Made by a program: the position numbers and the translations under genes
Notes under the pieces: model-generated
Told to the model about the DNA's origin: nothing
Seen by the model: only the letters and a program-made list of their open reading frames with translations
The model's database searches: none
Source: Chrysomallon squamiferum
Taxonomy: Eukaryota > Animalia > Mollusca
Assembly: GCA_012295275.1 (NCBI GenBank)
Contig: CM022665.1
Span: 31,310,001-31,374,000 of the forward strand
DNA: 64,000 nucleotides
Reading direction: 5' to 3'
Part shown: piece after piece, positions 12,511 through 26,500 of the stretch
How positions within the stretch are numbered: the first letter of the stretch is position 1
How the letters are laid out: each line of letters starts with the position of its first letter

Positions 12511-15500
12511 TTATAAAAGTTTGGAAAAGGTTTCATATTAAAAAAAGCTCTACAAAATAAATAAAATGGTTAAAATTTGAAAACAATAAATAACAAATTA
12601 AAAAAATTATAATCTCTCTAAAAATATAAAAATTATAATTTGAATACATTTTGACTCACTACTGCAATAATAAATAAATAAGATACAATTGTTACTTACA
12701 CCTGTATTTGTCTTCTAATTGTGCTTTGCACATTATGATAATACCAATTTTGAAAGAGAGTACCCGCACTTTTCCTGTCCTTGCTCTGAAAGATAAAATA
12801 AGAAAACCAAATTTTTTAAATACTATTATTTCAACACTCTTCTTAAACTAAAACAGAAAGTCAAAACAAACAAAAAACAAAAAAGTACAGGAAAATATTC
12901 TCTTAAAATCACTGTATGAAATAAAATAAGACAAATCAGAAAAAGAAATATTTGCTGATGAAGTTACTTAAAATTTATAATTGTTTGTTGTGAACAGAAA
13001 TTGTTTTCTTCACAATTTAAAAATAATTTTAACAGTAAAATGTTAATGATGTATAACTAAATTGTTAGTTGTTATTATTCGTCATTAGTTTGTTATTTCT
13101 GGTAAAGAAAATAAATTGATTCTGTTACAGTTTACATTAATATTGTTTAACTATATATATCTACATAAGAATTACATGTTTAAAAAGATCTTTATTTATT
13201 ATTATTATTTTTTTTTTTTTGACTTTTTTTTTGTTGTAAACTACCACCATAACATGCTATTCATTTTCCAAACTTTACAAAAAATCCATGCGATCTGACT
13301 GCAATAAAATAAAAATTAAAATTAAAACTTTAAAAAGCCATGTCATTAAAGACTACTTTCTGTAAAATAAAAATCAAACTTAAAAAAATAATAATAATAT
13401 GCACTATTTATGCATTCATGTAATAAAGTTTTGAAATCTTAAAGATTTTGTTTTTTATTAAATGAAAAACAAACTGAAATAAATACTGCAGCTAAAATAA
13501 GAAAACAAACAACACTAAAACCACTACCAATGCAATCATTGAACAACATTGACACCTTATTTAATTTGGCCTTTAATAACTTTATGTGGGTTTTTTTTAT
13601 ATTCTCTAGCAAAGTTCTAATAAAACATCCTACACATACTCTAATATGTTCCTAAATCTTGTTTCTACTATTGCAAAATTAATTTCTTGAAAGACAACAT
13701 TTGCAATTAATAAAGAATTAAAAATAATAATAATAATAATAAAAAAGTTTATTTGTACCATGGGGATTAAAGATAACTGATCCTTAGGTTTAAATGAGCA
13801 TCTATTTCAAATGCTTAATAATTATGCGTCTTTTTTTCTCACGAAATTTAAATAGTCATTTATTAATTTTTCACTATAATCCTTTTCTTTTCTTTTTAAA
13901 ACTAAAAAATACATGTTATTGTTAAACCTGAAAATGAGTTGAGAATTAATTTATTAAAGGAAAAATTGTGTTATATATATTTGCAGGATTAAATAGAAGT
14001 TAGTTGCATATTAGGGTAAAGGTTATTATCATTGTTTTTAAACATTTTAAAAATGTATCTTAGAGGTTTTAGTTCATTTTAAGCCAGTTCAGTGCTCCAA
14101 TCACCAAAGATTTAGATAATTAATTCTTGGGAAACAAAAGGAAACAAGTGTCAACATAAACAATAGTAAGGAAAAAAGATTTTTTTTTTTTTTGTTTAAA
14201 GAAAATTCATGCTATTGAAATCATAAAAAAAGGAAAATAAAAAATAATAAAAGGAGGAGGTACAGATTATGCATAGTCACAAAAAAAAAAAAAAAAAAAA
14301 AAAAAAATGGATGCCAGTGTACACTGTTGTGTTGAAAAACAAACCTTTCCCCATAATCATTTGAAGTAAGACTGTTGACAGAAACATAAGACTTGGATCC
14401 ACGGGATGAGGCCAGACCACTAAATGCACAAAACAGGTGAACAGTTAGAAACCACAATGCCTGATGATAGCACAGTGATTTTTGTTTAATAAACTGAAAA
14501 AGTGACTTTCTGTAGCCTTTAATAAGTTTAGAGTAATCTGGCACTGTTGGTCCATCACCCTAACAAATTTCATGCAGCTTGAATTACAAGCTGACAAAAG
14601 AAAAATTAATATTACCCATTTATCATATCTACTATAATGAAAAATACCTGTGATGAACATAAATAGCCTAAATATTGTTTGTACACATCCAAGTCTTTAT
14701 TTACTTGATCATCAATCTTTAATAATAACAAAGTATAATAGTAATATTGTGACTAGCATTTCCATTTTCACTTTGTAGAATTGTATATAGATTTTTAAAA
14801 TTTGTAAAAATGTATTTGTTTCAATATATATAAAGGAAAGTAATCTCAATTTACATATATTTCCTTAAGTTTTTAAAAAGATTTTATAGTCATACTTATC
14901 AATAACAAAAACTGTGACTACTAACAATTATATGGAAGCATATGAAAAATATTTAGGCTATTTATTCATCTATACGTGCATAAATTAATTAGTTTCCCAA
15001 TTAAAATACCTATTAAAGTTGTCAAAAAAATAATAATAAATAAATTAATTAATTAAATAATATAATCACTTGGGGAAAACCTATTTCCTCATGTTGACAA
15101 TAATTTATATATTTTATACCAGCATTTTACATGCATAACCAGCTTGGACAAGCCATTATGTTGGTAATGAAATTAAACCAAATGTCAAACAATTTAAAAT
15201 AAAATATGTGAAGTGAGGGTATGTAACAAAATTAAAAAAAAAAAAAAAATAACAACAAACCAAAATTACCTCCCCCTCCCGAAAAAAAAAAGAAAAAAAG
15301 AGAAAGAAATAAATGAAAGAGAATGCAAGTTCTATGATACTAAAGATTTTTTTTTTTAAAGAGTATTTTTGAAAGTCATTATTATATTCATAAATTTTAA
15401 AATTATTTCTAATTTAAGAAAAATTACTGAACACATTAAACTTTCTCCTCATCTGTGAACTTATATATTTTTTTTAATAACAAAGAAGAATAAGAAATGA

Positions 15501-18500
15501 ATAATATGAAGAAATAAGTACTAGTAAAGAGTTAAAAGATTAAATTATGTCTCAGAATACAAAAGATATCTTACTTGTTTTATACTACTACTACTACTAA
15601 TTTTTTTAAAATTATTTCTTGTAGGAAATTATTTAAACAAAACAACACATCTAATTGCTTGAAAGGTATACTTCAAAAAATTCATGTTGTTGTTATTTGG
15701 TAGAATTAATTTTCAACCCTAACATTAAATCCATATTTCTAATTAATCCAGTTAATTTTAACATCCTCACCTCAAAACTAGATATACATGAAAAAAAACT
15801 AATCACTTACATAAGATAAATATCCAAAATTAAAATTAATTTACAAACTCATTCTCAAAAGTGAGCCATCATATTGAACAATTTCTGAAATACAGAATTC
15901 ATTTACAACCTCTCCCCCAAATCTCTGTATCAGTCTGTTAATCAAACATACTTACAAGTAATAAATATTAGTTGTTCAGCCTATAAATTTACAATCTCTT
16001 TTTCAAACTACATAATTATGAGACTATTTATAAAACATATATACATTTTTTGGTCTGTCATGTTAGTTTAGACCTGTCCCCCCAAACTACGTATCAGTTT
16101 AAAATAAAACAACATACTTACACATAACATACATCATGTTTGCAGCCTATAAATTTAATTAAAACTTGTAGCCTAAAACAACATATTTTTAAAAATATAC
16201 TTACAAATAGCAAACATCCAGACTACAGCCTGAACATATATATATATATATATATTAAAACAACAATTAAAACTTACATGTCAAAGACATCTAATATCCA
16301 GTTTAGCACCATGTCCACACAGAAAGGAACGTTGACAAGGTTGGGATGTTCTGCTGCCACTGATTCGAACATTGTAGTCACACAGTTGATGATTTCAATG
16401 ACATCCATGATTTTGTCATTTTTACCACGAAGACCATGACGGTCAAAAGCATCAGCTGCTGTTGTCATAGAGACCAGGTCCACTAGAAGTGATATATAAT
16501 AAAAAAAATTAAAACTAATATATACATAAATATAAATACATACATACACACAAACACATTCATGTGTATGTATGTATGTATAAATAAATAAATAAAATAC
16601 AAAAATTTGAAAAAAGTGTGCTTGATAAAATTAATATTCTTTGAAAATAAATATAAATGCATCTTTTTTTTAATCTTTTTCTTTGTATGCTTATTTTTTT
16701 TTACTTAAGTACAGATTTAAATTTAAATTTTGTAAAATTATAATAATTTAAAAAAAATTACTTTAAATATATATTTTTTTAAATCTGAAATAAAATACAA
16801 ACAAATGAATAATAATAACACTCACAACATAGTTTTTTCTGCAGCATTCTCAATTTCATTGACATTCGATAGGCAGCAAATCTGATATTGTTCAGTTCAT
16901 CTAAAATACAAATAAAATGAAATATATATTTCATTGTTATAGATTAAAGAAACAAAATTATAGTAATTAAAACAGCAATGAAAGAAACAACTAAAAAAGA
17001 AAAATAGACAAAAAGAACTGACTGAATTAAAATGTTGAAATACTTCTAAACAAGTGCATAAAAATTAAAATGATAAATTATTCTTTTACTTTCATTATGA
17101 GTCATTTCAATAAGGAAAACTCCCAGATAAACAATTCTTTATTTTAAAAAGAAATTAAAAAAAATTTAAATTATTTAAAAAAATGAAAATTACTGAAGGG
17201 AGATAATTCACAAAATCCTATAAAAATCTTTTCATTTAAATTTTTTTTAAAACACTTATTTTCATGTTTAATTCTTTATTTTTTGAATTCTATTAAGTAA
17301 GGAATATACACAAGTAATATAATCAGAAATGCTATAAAAATAAAACTATATCCTAAATATACAATCTTATATTGTATATCAATTCTACATTTCTGCATGA
17401 TTAATAGTAATCAAAGAAAATACATTTTGTTTTAATACTTACTTAATGCTTCCATAAGGATTGTCATTTGAGGATGGTCCCACTGTGTACTTTCTGTTGT
17501 GTGGCTAGAATGAAGAATAAATACATATTTATTTATTTTAAATTAATAACAACAACTACAATTACAAAAAGAATAATCTTTTAAACATTTAAAACTCAGC
17601 TGAATGCAAAATAAATGTTGGTATATAAAACTGTAAATTTTAACATACTTATAATACTATTAACAACAGCAATAATAATCTTTAGTTTATTATTATTATC
17701 ATCATTATTTTAAATCTCACATGAATTAGAAATAAATATAACTACCAGGATATAAAATAGCAAATTTTAATACTATTTTAATGATAGTTATCATAAATTA
17801 CAATTATTGTGTCTATTTTTTAAATTATGAAATATTTTGTAAAATATATTATCAAAAATCCTCAAAACAAAGTTTCTAATTCAAGTGAAACCTGTTGATT
17901 TCTAAAAGAAATGACAAACAGCTTATAAATGTTTTATTTATGAACTAAATTTACAAATAATATAAACATTATTTTGGTTTTTCATATATATAAATGTTTT
18001 TAATTAGAAATAAATGTTACAAGTTTATGACATCATCAAAATTTTTAAGCAATGTTGTACATAGTACTTTTTGGTTCAGGTTAATGTATTACATTCAGAT
18101 TAATTTAAGAAAAACAGAAAAATCCTGTTTAATAAATAAGTAAATAAAATTAAAAAGATATTTGAACATAACTTGCTGAGTTTTTTTCTTTTACTCCTAG
18201 TGATCTACTATAACACAAACATATATTTTATATTATTAAAGTGTGGTACACCATTTATCTGTTACAACTGGATTTCAGCTAATTAAAAAATATTATTATT
18301 ATTTTTTTTTTTTTTGAATAACAGCATTTACTGACATATGAATTTAATTTAATCTTTATTGCACCAACTAAAAATAAAATTAGAATATAAGTAATTTTAA
18401 GCAGGTACTGTTATTACTTAATAATTTAATATCCATTTCAATTAAAAAAATAATAATAACAATAACAATAACAATAAATATGATAGAAATAAACAAACTA

Positions 18501-20486
18501 ATAATATTAGTAATAATAATAAGAATCTTAACATGGTACATAAAACAGATAAATAAAATTCTGCTTACTTTATGTAATAAGGCACTTTATTTCCTGCAAC
18601 AGCTCTTTCCCATGGGGGTTCAACTGATACTGAAAATATATAAATAAATAAAAAAATAAATAAAAATAACAAAAAAGAAAAAATATATAAAACATCTATA
18701 TGGATCACAATTTATGTTCAGCAGAAAAGAAAATATAATTTTAAACAATAATATTTTTTTTCTTTGTTATTTTCCACTCTCAATATTAATTTGTTCTCAT
18801 TATTAATGTACAAAAAAGGAACTGATTAATTAATCATAATATACAAATAATAATTTTGTGAAAAAAAAGAAGAAAAAAGCCCCTGAAAGAATAGAGAAAA
18901 AACTGGAGTGTATATGATGGAAAATGAAAGACTTTAATTAAGAATTCATAAGTATCATCCCTACAACTTACAGCTCAATGACCGAGTTATGTGAACTCCC
19001 TGGATTGACTGGTATAGATCAGGAACCCTCCTCCCCTTATTATGATTCATTATTTTGACACACTTAGGAAATTTGTGTGAAACATTTAGAGCAATTACAT
19101 TTTGATGTTCATATTAACACATTAATTATCTTATAGACACTATTTTAAGGCTTACCAACTTTTCTATGTCATTATGAATTTATATTGCCTTTTTCCAAGT
19201 TACTATAACAACTGGTATCAGCTGTTCCATGTTGTAAAAATAAAATGCTGATTATACTTTAAAAAAAATATATAATGTTTTAATTTGAATTTTGTAATTA
19301 TTTGCTGCCATAAAATAATAATAATAATAAAAAAATATAAATAAATAAATAAAATAATAAGAAAAAACAACAAGAAAAAACATTAAAAAACAAACAAAAA
19401 ATATTTAGTTGAAATTTATGTTATTAGATTATTCCATAAAACTGAAATAAAATAGTTACCAGATGGTATTAAACATATTTTGATGTTAGATGTTTTATTG
19501 ATTTTTTCAGCATTATTATAAAATTAAATGAACAAATAAAATATAAATTAAAATAGTCTAAAACAGAAATTGTATTTTTCATTGAAATAATTATAAAACT
19601 CAAATTTATATATGTTTGTTCAGAAATAGATGCTGCTAACAAATAATAATTAAACAAAATGGTTAAAATTATGAATTTCATATAAATTCTCATTTTCTAA
19701 CATTATTATTGGGTTTTTTAAAATTGTTTAAAAAATATATAAAAATACAACATATCTCACAGATAAGTAGACACAACTTCCAAATTATTCAGTTACAAAG
19801 GTAGCATAAGGAAGAAATTTTATCTGTCAGTATACAAAAATAACAAACTGAAAGATCATATTTAATAAATATTTAAACAATAAAATAAAAATTATATTAA
19901 TAATAAATAAAATAATAATAAAAGAATGAAACAATAAAACAAATTTTAAAATGTATATTTAAAAAAAAATATATATATTACATTTTTAAAGTTTAATATT
20001 TATTTTCATAACAGAGCCAGAAATACCCAACAAATTATTATTTGTTTCTTTATTAAATATACTTACTTCTAGTTTTATGTGTGGAGTAATTTTCCTACTG
20101 TTGTATATATCTACTGTGGTCAAAATATCAGTGTTGCTGTGAAAACCAGGGTTATTAAAAGTAATGGGATAATTCATTATAAACAGAAATGTGGTCTGTG
20201 TCAAGTGTATAGCAAACAATAACATAACAGTGTAGGATTTTCAGTGTCACTGTCAGAAAGGTAACCACATGCATGTACATTTGATATCCATTAGGTAGAC
20301 ACAAAGGTCAGGGTTTCTGCTGCCATTCATTAAAGCGTTCAAATCAAATATGTGAGTTTAATGAATGTATTTCAACAGATTTTGTGTTGATAGTAATTTT
20401 AGATTTAAAACAGTGGGAAATTTAAGAAGGTAAAAACAAAAAAAAAAAAAAATACATAAAAAAATTCCCCATGAAATAAATAAACA

Positions 20487-20519
<33 letters not shown>

Positions 20520-23500
20520 TAAAAATAAATAAAAATAAATAAATAAATAAATAAGAACAAAAACGTTATATTATAATAATAATAAGAAGAAGAAGAAAAA
20601 TGTTGACTTATATAACAACCCAAAAATGTAAACTAAATATATCCATTTAAAACTATTTATACCACTTTTATTAGCACTTTCTATTAATGGTCGAGTTTTC
20701 AGGATGTATTATTATGATGCAGCGAACTGAATCTTGCCATCCGCATTAAGGAAATGTTATTTTTCTACGAAATCATTAACTGCTTGTCTCAGTCTTTTTA
20801 TCAGTGAATATGAAGTATTTCTAAGTAAGGGAAGTACAGTTTTGTGTTGGGTGTAAATTGATTTATAGAACTATAAACTGTTGGCTTCATTAGAGCAGTG
20901 CTGATTACTTCCAGATAATACTACTGATATAATTCATGTGTGCATAGAATAAACTACTAGGTACTAAAATAAGCCAGTAACGTATACACCAATTTTAAAT
21001 ACTATCATAGCATTTTTTATTTTATTATTATATTTTTTTCTTGTGTTTCTATACATATATATTTTTTTCTTTAGTTGACAATATTGATGGCTCTTCAGTA
21101 TTGCAAGTATAACTGTTAATGAGTTTTCAAGAGAAGATGACTATGTTTTAGTACACCTAGGTGGTGCCACAAATTTCTGTTTTTGAAAATTTTAAAAACT
21201 TGCAAGAACTGCTTATCTTAAATTGACTTAATGGTTAAAAAAACAAAAAAGTCTAAAAATGTTTTCCATTTTATTATCATTCTTTATAATCCTGTTTATA
21301 TATTTTTTTGAAGTTATTGTATTATGAAGTTTAATATCTTGATTTATTATTTAAATTTGTAGTTATATTTTAAGTAGGTTGATGGATTTTAACTTTAGAA
21401 CTATTTATCAAAGATGAACTAACATTTACAATTTAGGTTTCATAGGGATAAAATACCAAGCATACAAATTCTCATCATGAGCAGAAACAATGCAATTTTC
21501 ATTAAGGATGATTTGAATTGCAAATGGACAAAAGAATGGATTCAAAGATATCATTTTTCAGGTGATGGCTACAGTGCATAGTGAGGTTTATTAGAGCTAA
21601 TACATCTACATGATCAATGTGATGTTATTACAACAAAACTGACACCAGTAGAAAAACAAAAAGTTTTAACTATATCTAGCAGGATGAGTAACTGACATGG
21701 ATCCCATTTTTGTGCCTACAAGTATGCTTTTATTTATATACAATGATATTCAATCCACCTAGAAAGTTATGTGAGGCTCAATGATGACACCCAATTTTCT
21801 GTAATCGTATCTCAGTTCCTTAAATCTATTTCTTTGAAACATTACAAAGAAACGTGTGTATCTAGCAGGATGATTAATTTGCATGGACTCCTCCATTTTG
21901 GTGCCAGCTAATATCAATTTTTTTGTATTTCAAACATTTTATGGACCACAATGAAATCAGTGATCAGCCTCTAAAATCTGTTTCTATTTGAAACAAAACT
22001 AATTCCAGTGTCTAATCCTTCACATCCATTACAATGGATGTATGCTTAATTATTGATATTACTTGAAGGTGCATTGTAAGAAAACTCATTTTTTATCTGT
22101 CAGAAGAAAGGATCACTTAATTCCACAAAGCATCCACATTTCATTTTTTTTTTAACTCAATTTTTATACATTACAAATGGCCACTGCCAGGTGAGAAAGT
22201 TCAATCAATAAAAGATCAAAAGAGTGTAATCCAATACAGCGAGGTAAAGCCACATTAGACATGCTTTCAGACAAAGTAACATTGATTTCATAGTAAATGA
22301 TGTGGAGAAAATAGCTTTGATGAACCAAGTTTAGTCATTCTTCTCACTGTAAAGACATGCTTAATTGCTAAATTTATTTTGGTATTTAGTTTACAGTATG
22401 GATCGTTTTTCTTTTTTAAAATTTCTGATTTTTATACACTTTTTTTCTATGATAGAAATATTTTATTTTTATAACAAAATAAGTGAAACAAAAATAATTT
22501 TCTGCCATAAAAAAAAAAAAAATAATAATGTTTTTTTTTTTTTTAAAGGTTCCTAATATTAAGAATCAACTGCATTAAAGAAAAGAAAAGAAAAAAAAGA
22601 GAAGTCTATAAATCAAATGACAAAAGCTGAATAATTTGTTAAAAAAAGTCTCACAAAAAACAACAAAAAAAACTCCTAATAATAAAAAAAATAAATAAAT
22701 AAAATAAAAAAAAGAATAAAAAAGAAATCCCCAAACAACCCTTTCTACTCTCCTTTCGAACAATTTTTTTTAAAAAATCAGAATAAAAAAAAAATCCTAG
22801 GAAAATCTTAATATTTGTTGCTTACTGTTCAAAGAACAATGTGACACTCTTGAAACTTTTGCATTTGGCAAAAAAGGAAATTACCTGAAAGGAAATGTTG
22901 TGAGTTTGGACCAAAGTCTCTCAAGGCCTCTTGCAGCTGTTTTAATCTGTCTTCTATTGCTATTTGTAAGGCTTTCCACCTATTCAAAAAAAAAAAAAAA
23001 AAATTTAGTAATTTTAAAAAGACCATGAAGAAATAAAAATTCTTAATTTTTTCAGGGATTATTGGGCATGCTGCCAAATACATTGGCAGAATATTATAGA
23101 AGAAAATTGATATCTCAGTGATTTGGGAAATGAAAACAAAAAAGTATACAATGTTATATCACCAAAAAAATTAGAAAATAAAATTAGAAAATAATAATAA
23201 TAATTTATATATATTTCAACTTATTTATCAACATTTCAAATTTATAACATCAAATTTAGCATTATCTGCTATTTTGAAATACATTTTTGAGATAAAATTT
23301 CTGAAATAATCTTTAATTCATTCTAACAACTTTCTTTTAACACTGAATTAATATGATATATTATTCTCTTCTGTAACATGGATTTTAAGTTCTGACTGTT
23401 TCATTTGAGATAATAACATTATTTCACATTTATCCTTTAATGAATTGTTTCATGGAAGGTCTATAAAGATAATTTTAAAAATATCACAGAACCTTCTTTA

Positions 23501-26500
23501 TCAATGAAAACATCCCTCCAAATCTAACTTCCCAGAATCTTTTCAAAGTACCTATGAGAAATCTCCCTAAAATTTTGTCAAAATAACAAGTAACTATGAG
23601 AAATTTCTCTACAATGCTTTCAAAGTAGCAAATAACTGTGACAATTTTCCCTACGTGGCTTTCAACATTGCAAATAACTATGAGAAATTTACCTACATTG
23701 TTTTCAAACTAACAAATAACTATGAAAAACTTTCCTACATTGCTTTCAAAGATGCAAATAACTGAGAAATTTCCCTACAGAGCTTTCAAAGAAGGAAATA
23801 ACTGTGAGCAATATCTCCAGAATGCTTTCAAAGCAGCAAATATCTGTGGCAAATCTCACTACATTTATTTTAAATGCAGTAAGACATTTATGAATGTTAT
23901 TCTCACCTTGTATTAAAATCTTCTAATTTTCTAACATTTACATGTGACAGGATGACATCAGCTGCCTGCAGTTCATTGGCTTGATCATTCACATTATCCA
24001 CCTCACCCTGAATGGGAGCTACATACTGCTGGAAACCCTGAAGGAAATCAACAAAGAATAAAACAGACACTTTAATAACCATTTTATTTTGGCTGTAAAA
24101 ATAAGCCTTATCAACCTAGGGGTATATAGGTACTGAAGTGTCTTCCTCATATGTTGTAGATTAGGACATTAGGGATAAAAAGAAAAAAATGATTAAAAGA
24201 TTCTTCAGTATATTTCAATTAAGTTATTCACTCCTTTATGTTACTTTTAACTGAAAAGGTTTCAAACCACTGCAGGAAAAGAAAAAAAAAGATATTTTTT
24301 TAATGAATTTAATGAAATGTTATCATAATATTATTATTATAAAACCATAAAAGGTGTATAATGATTATTTATTGCATAATAATAATATGAAAGAAAAAAC
24401 ATAATGTTTCAACTTCATGGCCCAGTCTTATTAATCAATAGTAAGAGGTTTTGTACATGGACCTTTCAATAACAATATGAAACATATCAACACCTTTAAT
24501 AAACCATCTTTAGGACATTGGTGTGGTTGGTTAATTAAGGGGGACAGATCCTGTAACCTATCATGACTTGGACATATACTTACCATTAAACTACAACCTA
24601 CTAGATTACAGCAAACAGTTATCAGGTTTTAAAAGCTGAATGAAGATATTCTGGTCATTATGCCTTGGTACAACACAGACACATAAATATACTGATCAAA
24701 ATAAGATTCCACTGAAATATTTGAAAGTATTGTAGTAACTACTGACCAGAGAATCACAGTTATCAAATATATTAGAAATCTTAATTATGCTGAATGGAAA
24801 AATGTCTAGACAGTCCTTGAAGGTTCAAATAAAGAAAATGTATTTATATAATGACGTCTTAACACTGACTTGTAATTTTAATCAAGTGGTAATGATAAAA
24901 GATTGACATGGTATATTCATACTGTCTGAAACATTCCCTTAGAAGTGACAGGACATACTGAAGAGAGTCTTCTGATGTGACAGTAATTAAGTTATAAGGT
25001 ATGCCAGCTTTATGTCTTAGACACTTACTTTGATATAGTATAATGTTATTTATCTCATATTTACCTTTGTTTTGTCAATCTCTTCCTGTAAGTTTTCTAT
25101 AATGATATCACCAACAGCACTCCATTTAGTTTTTTGCTGCTCAGCTTGGGACAGATGATCATTCAAGTCATCCATGGATTCCTGGAACATGGCCATTTTC
25201 TGAGAAAAAGAGATAAAAGCTATTATTACAATTTTTTGTCTCCCTAAAAACCAAACATGATAAAAATTATATCTTTGTGTGAGAAATGGATACAGATAGA
25301 AGGTAGATAGATAGATAGACAGATTGATGGATAGACAGAGAGTGAGATAGAAGAAATAACAGAGAAAAAATAAGAGATGGAGAAAGAACAAAATTGGAAT
25401 GAAATAGATGAAAAAGGAAAGAAAAAAGAGTGTTGGGAACAGAGGTATAGATACAAAAAAGAGAGGTAATGGAGCTAAGGAAAAAGAAGAAGAGAGAAAG
25501 AAAGAGAAGAACAAATGGAAATAAAAAGATAGTTAAATAAAACATAAACTAAGCTGGACGTGAAACTGTTAGAAGCAGTAATAGAAAATGTGTTTACCTC
25601 AATTACTTCATCAATTTTCCGCTGCCATTCATTGGATCTCTGGTTAATCTCAACCCACTTCCTGTTGAGCAGTCGAACTTGACGGCGGATTTTCCTAATA
25701 AGATGTCTAGCCTCAAGATCTGCAGAGACATCTGACAGAGATCCTTCATCTAAAATACAAAAAACACAAAAAAACAATGACATTATTAAGGAAATGTCTT
25801 CACAGTAGTATAAAAACCACTTAGTAAACAGAATTAACAGTAACAATACATTGTTTTTTCCAGTGAATTAATATCCTAATGTAAACAAATTAATAATCCA
25901 TTGGCTTTTGGGTAATAATAATACAGATAATGGTTACTAGTAAAAGAGACAGTATCAGTAACAATAATCAGCTTAATAAATAATACTTAAATTTCTAACT
26001 TTACATGGTAATATAATTTAGTGCACTAATGTACTGTGCAATGGTAATATAAACTGCATTGTATCTATAAACTGTATGAGTAAATACTAATACCATCAAT
26101 TAAACTCAGTTTTATAAATTGTTAATACTAACACTATGCAGTAAAGTTTTATGAAGTGTTTGGGTAATACATACACCAAGACATGATTGTAAAACAATGA
26201 ATCAATAAACAAACACACCTGTTTAAAATTATAAAACAAAAGATCTGTAACCAGAAAATGGTCAAACAACCCACCTGTGTCCCCACTGTCAGCGCTGTCA
26301 GTACTAAGTCGCTTATCTTCCCCTTCTTCCCTGAGATAAAAGCGTCCTGCTTCCAGACTCTGTTCTACAAGAGGTCTTTTCAGATCTAGCTGATTTCGTA
26401 ACCTCTGAAATCAACATGTTCAGAATCCTTATTGCTTTTGCTCATAGTAAAAGGTAGTTTTGTATTAGCAAAAAGATAGTATTAGTGAAAAATAACAAGG

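Noticed and set aside
17505-18568. Dp71-type first exon in the intron equivalent to human intron 62
   Set aside because: Very AT-rich, with no CpG island and no convincing phase-2 ATG-donor segment seen.
23545-23872. Regularly spaced repeats as a possible CRISPR array
   Set aside because: Head-to-tail degenerate units with no unique spacers, located in a eukaryotic intron.
23722-23916. Plus-strand 64-aa repetitive ORF
   Set aside because: By-product of the 42-bp minisatellite.
25029-25064. Alternative downstream donor AAA|GTAAGT extending the exon by 36 nt
   Set aside because: The extension contains an in-frame TAA (VNMR*).
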